From Promethearchaeota archaeon (GTDB lineage: Archaea; Asgardarchaeota; Lokiarchaeia; Sigyniarchaeales; SOKP01): a stretch of DNA of 33,281 nt. Positions 1 to 7,835 of this stretch are shown here, piece after piece. The stretch spans positions 1 to 33,281 of the forward strand of contig JBHLME010000045.1 of assembly GCA_048938445.1 (NCBI GenBank). Direction: 5' to 3'. A program made the position numbers and the translations under genes. The notes below the pieces were generated by a model, which was given only the letters and a program-made list of their open reading frames with translations, searched no databases and was not told the origin of the DNA. How positions within the stretch are numbered: the stretch's first letter is position 1; every line of letters begins with the position of its first letter.

Positions 1-157
1 TTTCTTTAAGATAATTTTATATAACAATATTACTTATTATTAATAAAGTGGAAATATGTTTATAGGTTAGGGAGATTAATAAAATCGCAGTTCTAATTCT
101 AATAAATAATTCCATGCTTTACTCTTTTCACAAAACAAAAATCAAGGAGAGAGTTCT

Positions 158-409
158 ATGACGCATTTATTAGATGAATATGAACAAAAGTCTCGGTTTA
201 AAAAAGAATTCGAAGATGACAAAATGACAATGAAAAACATCACTATTAACATACCAATTCAATATGATATGGTCATCCAAAAACTCATTGATAAGGAAAT
301 TATTTCGAATAGATCTGAAGCTATAAGAACTGCTTTACGTGAATTTTTATCAAAAGAATTCACAAATATTGAATTAATGGATGATTTCTTAAATGAAAGA
401 GTAGAATAA
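158..409 (+). CDS. Ribbon-helix-helix (CopG/Arc/MetJ-family) DNA-binding protein
   Basis: MKNITINIP..IQKLID...NRSEAIRTALREFL matches the RHH pattern (beta strand plus RSEAIR helix). AAGGAG SD-like sequence at 145-150. A later start at the MTMK Mets is possible. Confidence 0.85.
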   Translation: MTHLLDEYEQKSRFKKEFEDDKMTMKNITINIPIQYDMVIQKLIDKEIISNRSEAIRTALREFLSKEFTNIELMDDFLNERVE

Positions 410-428
410 AACAAAAAAGAAATTTCTA

Positions 429-674
429 TTATCTTCGTTTACGTATTTTCCTTGCTTCCCTTTCTACTTCTCTAAGAATTATGATATCATCTACTCGAAT
501 AGGACCTTTACAATTTCGAGTGAGTATTCTATTCTTATCACTTCCTTCAAGGATGCGAACCTTTATCTGTGATATTTCACCAGTAAGACCCGTGCGACCA
601 ACTATTTGAATTACTTGAGCAGGAATAGATTGATCCTCTACATTAGGTCCTTTAGATTTATCAATTTTAACCAA
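429..674 (-). CDS. rps28e: 30S ribosomal protein S28e
   Basis: [25 protein letters not shown]...[28 protein letters not shown] is the S28e signature. TTG start with an upstream AGGTGT; lies downstream of rpl7ae. Confidence 0.97.
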   Translation of the reverse strand: MVKIDKSKGPNVEDQSIPAQVIQIVGRTGLTGEISQIKVRILEGSDKNRILTRNCKGPIRVDDIIILREVEREARKIRKRR

Positions 675-689
675 AAGACTACACCTAAA

Positions 690-1061
690 TCATTTATTTA
701 ATTCTTTTATTTTTTTTATTATATCCTTGAGGATATTTTCATTTCCCGTTCCAACATTATCAATAGATATAGCACTTGATCCAATGTTTATTTGTACTAC
801 ATTCCCTACTTCCTTTTTTGTAGAGAGATATGCGTAAGGAATTTTTTTTTCTTCACATAATAAAGGCACGTGTAATAAGATTTCAGGAGGGCTAACATCT
901 TCAGCCATTATTACTATTTTAGCATTTCCCCTTTCAATACTTTTTGTAACCTCATTCATACCTTTACGAATTTTAGAATCTTTTGTTTCTGCAATAGTCG
1001 TGATCGCATTTTTAATGGCACTTTGTAAATTTTCAGGTACTTTAAACTTTACATAACTCAT
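690..1061 (-). CDS. rpl7ae: 50S ribosomal protein L7Ae
   Basis: KIRKGMNEVTKSIERG.AKIVIMAEDVSPPEILLHVPLLCEEKKIPY is typical of L7Ae. The true start is probably MSYVKF at 1061 rather than 1100. Confidence 0.97.
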   Translation of the reverse strand: MSYVKFKVPENLQSAIKNAITTIAETKDSKIRKGMNEVTKSIERGNAKIVIMAEDVSPPEILLHVPLLCEEKKIPYAYLSTKKEVGNVVQINIGSSAISIDNVGTGNENILKDIIKKIKELNK

Positions 1062-1103
1062 CTTTTTCTCATTCCAATATATTTTTTGATATATTATCAT
1101 AAA
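1062..1103 (-). promoter_or_regulatory. Candidate kink-turn-like hairpin in the rpl7ae 5' leader
   Basis: The minus strand reads TTTAT-GA-TAATATAT-CAAAAA-ATATATTG-GAAT-GA-GAAAAAG-ATG: an 8-bp stem flanked by tandem GA/GA and a 4-nt bulge. Confidence 0.35.
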
Positions 1104-1259
1104 TCATTGATTATTAATGAAGAAAATAGTGTAGAATATTAATTAAAATTTGTGATTTACATGCTGAGAGATTTAGATTTAATAAAGTTTTTATAGATAA
1201 AATGCAATACCACATTAAGGTTAATCTATTAGCTTATAATTCTTAAGTGGAATTTGATT

Positions 1260-1874
1260 ATGGACAATAAATATGAAGAGAAATTAGGAAAAAAAACAAA
1301 ACAGGAGAATTTAACACGTTTATCAAAACCTCGGATAACTCCCATGAAAGAATCTGAAATGGATGATACAATTAGAAAGATGCTTAAACCTAGCAAAAGA
1401 CTTGGTCGTGGACGTTATTTAAATATTTTTACCACGTTAATCAAGCATCCTAAGCTATATGAACAATGGAATCATTTTGGATCTTATATTTTAGGTCAAT
1501 CAACACTTTCAGCACGAGAACGAGAAATTCTCATTCTCCGTATTGGGTGGCTCTGTAAATCTGAATATGAATGGGGACAACATGTAGCAATTGGGAAATC
1601 GTGTGGTCTTAAAGAAGAGGATTTCCAAAGAATTATTGATGGACCAGATTCCAAGGGATTAGATCCTTTTGAAGCAACGCTACTCCGTGCGGTTGATGAA
1701 TTATATGATAATGCATTTATTAGTGATTCCACATGGAATTTACTTTCAGATAGATACAATGATCAACAACTCATTGATCTTATCTTCACAGTTGGTCAAT
1801 ATAATCTCGTATCAATGGTGCTTAATACCTTAGGAATTCAACTTGATGAAGGATATGAAGGTTTTCCAAAATAG
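1260..1874 (+). CDS. Carboxymuconolactone decarboxylase / AhpD-like family protein
   Basis: LNIFTTLIKHP, LSAREREILILRIGWLCKSEYEWGQH and LIDLIFTVGQYN are typical of the CMD-like family. No CxxC motif. Confidence 0.85.
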   Translation: MDNKYEEKLGKKTKQENLTRLSKPRITPMKESEMDDTIRKMLKPSKRLGRGRYLNIFTTLIKHPKLYEQWNHFGSYILGQSTLSAREREILILRIGWLCKSEYEWGQHVAIGKSCGLKEEDFQRIIDGPDSKGLDPFEATLLRAVDELYDNAFISDSTWNLLSDRYNDQQLIDLIFTVGQYNLVSMVLNTLGIQLDEGYEGFPK

Positions 1875-2044
1875 CGAGGGAATAGATCCAAACATATGAG
1901 AAAATAACAACATTTTTTAAAATCAAATTTTCCTTATTTAACTTTCTTGATTCTATTTATGTTTTTACATAAATTTTTATTTTTTTTTATCTAATTATCA
2001 GCTATTAACATAAAATTTTTTTAGAATGGTTCATTATTTCAATT

Positions 2045-2245
2045 ATGATTATTCCTATTCGTTGCTTTAGCTGTGGAAAACTAATTGCTCATATTTACAA
2101 ACCTTATAAAGAAAAACTCGAAAAAGGAGAATCCGCGGAAAAAGCATTTGAAGATTTAGGTATTAAAAGATTTTGTTGCAAGAGAATGATTGTAGGTCAT
2201 GTTGATCTTATCGATGATCTTCTAAAATTTCCTAGATTGCAATAA
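2045..2245 (+). CDS. rpoN: DNA-directed RNA polymerase subunit N (Rpo10/RPB10)
   Basis: MIIPIRCFSCGK...LGIKRFCCKRM zinc-binding signature. Confidence 0.98.
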   Translation: MIIPIRCFSCGKLIAHIYKPYKEKLEKGESAEKAFEDLGIKRFCCKRMIVGHVDLIDDLLKFPRLQ

Positions 2246-2311
2246 ATATTATTTCTGAATTAAAAGTTTTTTTAATCTCGTGTAATTATATATATTTTAT
2301 CGATGATTAGA

Positions 2312-3157
2312 TCATTCTACTAAGATAATTTTTAAAATAAAATGATCTAAATTAAGAGTTTTTATTAAATTTAGGTTTTCATATATAAATTGAAATATCT
2401 TCTCTTTATTTAGACATAATAATAAAGGTTCATACCCTAATTCCTTTTTTAAAACAGAAAATACATCTAACAAGAGTTCTTTTAGTTTTTTTTTTACAAA
2501 AATCAAATTACAGTTCATTGGATCGATATCAAATATATTAAATCCATAATCAATCGAAAAGCTAATTGTGTGTAATTCTTTTTCTCTTTCAATCTCCGGA
2601 TCATTTATTAATTTATTTACGACATCACTAAATAATTCATAGATCTCATTTTTCTGCTCTCCAAAACAATGATTTTCCACAAGATTTTTAGTCATGTTTA
2701 GCAATTCTTGGAATATTCCTATTGCATCATAGAATTCAGCTAAACTATCAACATGATCTGCATTTGTCCATTGGTTGTAATAATCTTCAATTATATTTTT
2801 AAAGGATTTGAATATTTCTAAATCTCCAGTCCATTTTTCCTTCCATTTTTCCTTATTTTGAATATATTGTTTATAAAATAATTGTTTAAGATAGCTTAGC
2901 CTTCCTTTAATGATATCCGTGCTAACCTCAATAGAATCTGACATTACAAATAATAGATTGATTTCTTGTTCTACCATGTATATCCATTTAAATCCACCCA
3001 TATTAATTGATTGAATAGGTTGTTTAAATTCAATCATAGTAAGCTGATTTAATGCCGAAATTAAACCAGAAACAATATTTTCATCAAGAAATATACCCAT
3101 TGATGAATAAAACACCAATGTTATTCCTTTTTTACTATCTATTATCCAAAAATTCAT
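2312..3157 (-). CDS. Longin-like N-terminal domain protein with helical C-terminal region (Asgard-type)
   Basis: N-terminal FWIIDSKKGITL...DENIVSGLISALNQL...IQSINMGGFKWIY...LLFVM fits the beta-beta-alpha-beta-beta-beta longin pattern. AAGGAG SD; starts 21 bp after the GTPase stop. Confidence 0.6.
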   Translation of the reverse strand: MNFWIIDSKKGITLVFYSSMGIFLDENIVSGLISALNQLTMIEFKQPIQSINMGGFKWIYMVEQEINLLFVMSDSIEVSTDIIKGRLSYLKQLFYKQYIQNKEKWKEKWTGDLEIFKSFKNIIEDYYNQWTNADHVDSLAEFYDAIGIFQELLNMTKNLVENHCFGEQKNEIYELFSDVVNKLINDPEIEREKELHTISFSIDYGFNIFDIDPMNCNLIFVKKKLKELLLDVFSVLKKELGYEPLLLCLNKEKIFQFIYENLNLIKTLNLDHFILKIILVE

Positions 3158-3178
3158 GAATGTGTTAGCTCCTTTTAG

Positions 3179-3709
3179 TCATATTTTTTTGTTATTTTCT
3201 AATTGGATTATTTTTTTTGCAATTTTTTCAAAAACAGATTGTATATTTTCCCCGGTTTTAGAAGAAGTCGTAATATGATCAAATAAATCGTGTTCATTCA
3301 TCATTTCTATGGGATAATCATGACTATCAAATTCACTTTCTAAATCTAATTTCGTGCCTACTAATATTATTGGTAATCCGGGATTATCTTTTCGGCAAAT
3401 ATCGACCCATTCTTCTATATTCTCTAATGTAGCAAATCGAGTCAAATCATACATTAAAATAGCGCCTCTTGCTCCCATCGCATATTTCTTAAGCATAAAA
3501 CGAAATTGTTCTTGTCCACCAAAATCCCATAATTGAAGCATTAAGATTCTTCCTTCAATATTTATTCTTTTTACGAAAAATCCTACTCCTAAAGTCATTT
3601 GAGTATCTGCTAAAAATTCATTTTTTTTATAGCGATGAAGTAAAGTAGTTTTTCCTACTCCCCCGTCACCCACGGTTAATATTTTTAAAACAGTACTTTT
3701 GACTGACAT
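3179..3709 (-). CDS. Rab-like small GTPase (Ras superfamily)
   Basis: G1 GDGGVGKT, switch I TLGVGF, G3 LQLWDFGGQE, G4 variant TKLD, G5 TSSK. No C-terminal Cys prenylation motif. Confidence 0.93.
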   Translation of the reverse strand: MSVKSTVLKILTVGDGGVGKTTLLHRYKKNEFLADTQMTLGVGFFVKRINIEGRILMLQLWDFGGQEQFRFMLKKYAMGARGAILMYDLTRFATLENIEEWVDICRKDNPGLPIILVGTKLDLESEFDSHDYPIEMMNEHDLFDHITTSSKTGENIQSVFEKIAKKIIQLENNKKI

Positions 3710-3905
3710 TAAAGTAATTTAAAATTCTTTTAATAAATTAATGGTGAAATGTCAATTTAAATTATCAGTAAAATTTCGATATCTTCAAGTGGCTTTCTAT
3801 TAAAAATTATATACAAGGTTAATTTTGATTATAAGATAAATCTTTTATTATAGTGCTTAAGAAAATATTATTAAACTTATTTTCTTAATTGAAAATTAAA
3901 AAAAT

Positions 3906-4094
3906 TCATTGTTGACCGTAAATTTTAGTCCAGCGAGTCTTTCTTGGATTTTTTTTATAGTCCAACATTGCTTTTCTGCACTTATTAGTACAGAAATTTA
4001 AAATTGTTCCATCTTTCTTGATGTACATTATCCCACTTCCAATGGGTATTTCATATTGACAAAAACTACATTTCTTAACTTTTACTATAAGCAA
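3906..4094 (-). CDS. rpl24e: 50S ribosomal protein L24e
   Basis: CSFCQYEIPIGSGIMYIKKDGTILNFCTNKCRK....KNPRKTRWT signature; TTG start. Confidence 0.96.
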   Translation of the reverse strand: MLIVKVKKCSFCQYEIPIGSGIMYIKKDGTILNFCTNKCRKAMLDYKKNPRKTRWTKIYGQQ

Positions 4095-4113
4095 TCAACT
4101 CTACATGTAATTA

Positions 4114-4518
4114 TTATTCTTCTTTTTGAGTAAATAGTTCCGCTTCTCCATATTTTAAGACTTTGAGATTAATTAACGTCATGTCATGTGTGATTTCATT
4201 ACCCCTCACTGTTTTACGCTTTTTTTCACCCTTTCTTAATGGTTTATAACCGATACCGGGCTTGGAAAAAAGAATCTTCTTCTTAACAGGACCATGAACA
4301 TCTTTTCTCATTGCGAAACCACTTCGATCACTACCACCCGTGATCTGAAATTCATAATTAGGAAAACCAATTAAACCACCTTTAATGGTTTCACCTATCT
4401 TCATTCCTTCAAATCGGAATTTTTTTTCATCAATTTCTATGAGCTTTGAAAGTCCTTTCCCTGGTCCTGTATTTCCACCGCTTATATTCAACTTATAAAT
4501 TATTTTTTCTGAAGACAT
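4114..4518 (-). CDS. rps6e: 30S ribosomal protein S6e
   Basis: KLNIS, GMKIGETIKG, YEFQITGGSDRSGFAMRKDVHG and GEKKRKTVRGNEI signatures. Confidence 0.97.
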   Translation of the reverse strand: MSSEKIIYKLNISGGNTGPGKGLSKLIEIDEKKFRFEGMKIGETIKGGLIGFPNYEFQITGGSDRSGFAMRKDVHGPVKKKILFSKPGIGYKPLRKGEKKRKTVRGNEITHDMTLINLKVLKYGEAELFTQKEE

Positions 4519-4687
4519 TTTATCTCTAAATTAAATTTGAAGTAGGAAAATTGAGAAAAAAAGTGAAGCATAATAAAAAAAATTTTGTATTTTTTTAGAG
4601 AAGGAAGTTAATTCATTAAGAATAATAAAATTTATTTTAAGGATAATAACCTATTTAAAATATAGAATTATAAAAGATAAATACTAA

Positions 4688-5503
4688 ATGCAAATATTCG
4701 AAGTAATTGGTTTATCAAATTATCCATATTTCAAAACAATTGAAATTTCTACTGGAGAGAAAATAAAAGATATCATTCTCAATGATGAGAGTCAGCAAAA
4801 GGTATTTCTTATTGTGGACCATGATTCAAAAAGAATTTGGATTTATAATTGTCCAAGAAGTCCTTTCATACTTCAAGTATATGGTAGTATTCTTGCGGGA
4901 ATGTTACGACAAATATTAAAAATGTTTTATAGGATTTTCTTGTTAAATAAATTTAATCTAGAGTCAAAAGAGTTTGTTGAAATTCTTAATAAATCCTTAG
5001 GAGGTGGTCGTGCTAGAGCTATTGATGAATCAGATTTTCCAAAACAAGATCCTAATGCAAATCAACAAGTATACTTAAAAATTGATACGAATATTAAATT
5101 TAATGACGCTATCGAGGATCTTTACAAGCTTCCACCAATAAATCCAGAAGTGTACATGAGGAGATTAATTATAATTGGGGGAAATATATATACCGAGGAA
5201 GAGATCCAAAAAGAATTCATACAAGAGGAAAAATCCATTATAAAATCAGTTAAATTAGGTCAATTAAATAATGGATTTACTTTTTTTGATGATCATGAAT
5301 ATTCAACGCGAGTTATTATAAAGGATAGAAAAATACAGGCAATTGAATTGTTAATTCATAAAGAGGATAAATCTCCCTCATTAGAATTAGATGTTCCTGT
5401 TATCCAGGAGGATAAATTTATTAATAGTGGAAATATTGATCTGATTTTAAAATCTTTTCAAATTCCAGATTCATTGTCTGAGGAGAAGGAGAAATCTAAA
5501 TAA
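4688..5503 (+). CDS. Putative gelsolin-like domain protein with C-terminal X-type domain (1DGelX-like)
   Basis: VFLIVDHDSKRIWIYNCPRSP followed by a long helix resembles the gelsolin core. C-terminal half has RRLIIIGGNIY...LNNGF...RVIIKDRKIQAIELL. Recognised by eye and divergent. Confidence 0.5.
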   Translation: MQIFEVIGLSNYPYFKTIEISTGEKIKDIILNDESQQKVFLIVDHDSKRIWIYNCPRSPFILQVYGSILAGMLRQILKMFYRIFLLNKFNLESKEFVEILNKSLGGGRARAIDESDFPKQDPNANQQVYLKIDTNIKFNDAIEDLYKLPPINPEVYMRRLIIIGGNIYTEEEIQKEFIQEEKSIIKSVKLGQLNNGFTFFDDHEYSTRVIIKDRKIQAIELLIHKEDKSPSLELDVPVIQEDKFINSGNIDLILKSFQIPDSLSEEKEKSK

Positions 5504-5571
5504 AAAACATTTTAGTCTATATATTAATGCAATTTAGTTAATTAATAGTATGAAAAAAAAGGAAAAATAAT

Positions 5572-6105
5572 TTATTTTAATCTTTGTTCAGACAAATAGA
5601 GATGATCTGTTTCTACCTCTATAAAAGCCTCAAAAATTTCTTTAACACGAGGATTCTTTGCTTCCTTTGCTGCTTCACTATAAAATTTAATTGCTCTCTC
5701 TTCTCGAGAATGAGAATCTTTTAAATCTGCTTTATAATCAACTTCACAAGTTTCAGCAGGTTCCCATATAATTTTATCAAGGTTTAATATTTTTTTCCAG
5801 ACAGAAGCATGTTCACTTTCAACTTTTGAGAGTATCTTAAACAATTTTTGTCCATCAAGCTCTTTAACTTTTTTGGAACTACATTTGTAGAAGAGTGTAT
5901 TGGAGATCTCGACCCCTAATGCTTTTTCTGCATTAGCTTTATCTTTTTCATTTAATTTAACGTCCCAAGCTCCATTTTCGTTGTAATCTTTAGCTTCAAC
6001 GAAATATTTTTTATATGCTCCACAGAAAGGACATCTGCTTGGTGGTTCTTCGCCTATATAAGCTTCACCGCAGATTTTACATATATAGACACTTACTATC
6101 GTCAT
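5572..6105 (-). CDS. Reverse rubrerythrin-like protein (N-terminal rubredoxin plus ferritin-like domain)
   Basis: CKICG...CPFCG rubredoxin motif, followed by di-iron ligand motifs ESEH, EERA and ETDH. AAGGTGT SD. Confidence 0.9.
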   Translation of the reverse strand: MTIVSVYICKICGEAYIGEEPPSRCPFCGAYKKYFVEAKDYNENGAWDVKLNEKDKANAEKALGVEISNTLFYKCSSKKVKELDGQKLFKILSKVESEHASVWKKILNLDKIIWEPAETCEVDYKADLKDSHSREERAIKFYSEAAKEAKNPRVKEIFEAFIEVETDHLYLSEQRLK

Positions 6106-6317
6106 AAATTTACACCTTGTTAGTATTTTTATTTACATTTCAATAATTATTTTTTTAATAAAATAAGACAACCTCACACTTAAAATTTAAGATAAAAGAA
6201 TATAACAATACAGTTTATTAATAAATTTATTAATTAGTATAATCTTTAATTACATGTGGATAAATTGATTTAAATAATATCCTAATAAATACTTGAATTA
6301 AAATGTTGAAAAAATAG

Positions 6318-7658
6318 ATGGAAAATATGGGTAAAATTGAATTTTTTGTCGGAGAGGCCCTGGTTGGAGGTAATTCTGAGCTTGCTCACATAGATTTATT
6401 AATTGGATCTAAACAATATTTAAGCACTTCATTTGCAAATGCCGTGAGTAATCCAAGTATAGGTCATGGAGGTTTACTTGCTTGTATACGACCGAATCTT
6501 GTTCCAAAGCCTTATACTCTTATAATTCCAAAGGTAACTGTTTCAAAAATGGAGGATGCCAATAAAATCTTTGGACCTGCCCAAGCTGCTGTTGCAAAAG
6601 GAGTTGCTGATGCTGTTGAAGAAGGAATTATTCCAATGGGTAAATTGGATGATTGGTTAATCATTGCTAGTGTATTCATACATCCAGACGCTACAGATTA
6701 TCGAAAAATATATCAATATAATTATGGCGCAACAAAATTAGCCCTTAAAAGAGCTTTATCTCAATATCCTCCAATTGAAAAGATCTTTTATGATAAGGAT
6801 CGTGCTAAGCATCCAGTTGCCAATATGAGGGTTCCAAGATTATGGAGGCCCCCCTATGTTCAGATTGCTCTAGATCATCCTTCCATTGAACACCAAAAGA
6901 AAGTAGTAAAGCAACTACCTAAGAGTGACAGGCTCATATTAGAAGCTGGAACTCCATTCCTAAAAAAATATGGAATGGAAGCAATTAAGGAAATTCGTGA
7001 AATGGCACCAGATATGTTTATAGTTGCAGATTTAAAGACGTTAGATGTAGGGAAATTAGAAGTAGATTTTGCTTTTGATGCAACAGCAGATGCTGTCGTA
7101 GCAAGTGGATTAGCATCAGCCTCATCAATAGATAAATTTATTGTCGAAGCTCAAAGACTTGGAATTTATGCTTTCGTCGATACAATGGAACTAGAGGATC
7201 CCATCGCAAAGTTAAGCAAATTAAAACAAATACCTGATGTTGTCATACTACATAGAGCTATTGATGCGGAGTCTGCTGCTGAAGGCACTGATGAGGCTCA
7301 AAGAGAAAAATGGAGATCTGTTCCAAAAATTAAAGAAATATACAAGAATAAAAAATTGGCTTCAGGCAGAGATAGAGTTTTGGTCGCAGTAGCAGGTGGA
7401 ATCGAACCCGCATCAGCTAGATTTGCTATTGAAATGGGTGCAGATATTTTAATCGTAGGAAGATATATCACTTCTTCAAAAGATATAAAGAATTCAACTA
7501 GGCAAATTATCAATGCATTGCCGGGGTATTCTGATATTGATCTTAAAAGAATCCACACTGATGACGATGATACAAACAATATAAGGGATTTACAACCCAT
7601 TCCTGGTTCAGGGATTAAAAAGAAAGACTCAACGTCTAGCTATAAAGATTATAAATAA
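6318..7658 (+). CDS. fae-hps: Bifunctional formaldehyde-activating enzyme / 3-hexulose-6-phosphate synthase
   Basis: Fae part: GEALVG...AHIDLLIG, FGPAQAAVAKGVAD, YQYNYGATKLA. Hps part: QIALD, LEAGTP, ADLKTLDVG, VAGGI, VGRYIT. Confidence 0.95.
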   Translation: MENMGKIEFFVGEALVGGNSELAHIDLLIGSKQYLSTSFANAVSNPSIGHGGLLACIRPNLVPKPYTLIIPKVTVSKMEDANKIFGPAQAAVAKGVADAVEEGIIPMGKLDDWLIIASVFIHPDATDYRKIYQYNYGATKLALKRALSQYPPIEKIFYDKDRAKHPVANMRVPRLWRPPYVQIALDHPSIEHQKKVVKQLPKSDRLILEAGTPFLKKYGMEAIKEIREMAPDMFIVADLKTLDVGKLEVDFAFDATADAVVASGLASASSIDKFIVEAQRLGIYAFVDTMELEDPIAKLSKLKQIPDVVILHRAIDAESAAEGTDEAQREKWRSVPKIKEIYKNKKLASGRDRVLVAVAGGIEPASARFAIEMGADILIVGRYITSSKDIKNSTRQIINALPGYSDIDLKRIHTDDDDTNNIRDLQPIPGSGIKKKDSTSSYKDYK

Positions 7659-7835
7659 TGAAAGAAAAATCTCTCAAAAATTTTGAGATACAAGTTTAAA
7701 TCCAAATACCTTATTTTTTATTCGATTTTTCTCAATTTAAAACTAGTCTTTAATCTGAAGAATATTTTTGAAAGATATTATATTCAATAATTATAAGGAA
7801 GAAATTCAAATCATTTTTTTAGATAAAGATCTTAA

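Noticed and set aside
1062-1100. 13-aa N-terminal extension of L7Ae given by the ORF track
   Set aside because: Archaeal L7Ae typically begins near the YVKF motif; this region is better read as a leader.
7672-7688. Inverted repeat TCTCAAAA-A-TTTTGAGA after fae-hps
   Set aside because: Single, short and AT-rich; it could be a terminator or operator but is unsupported, and nothing indicates a MITE.
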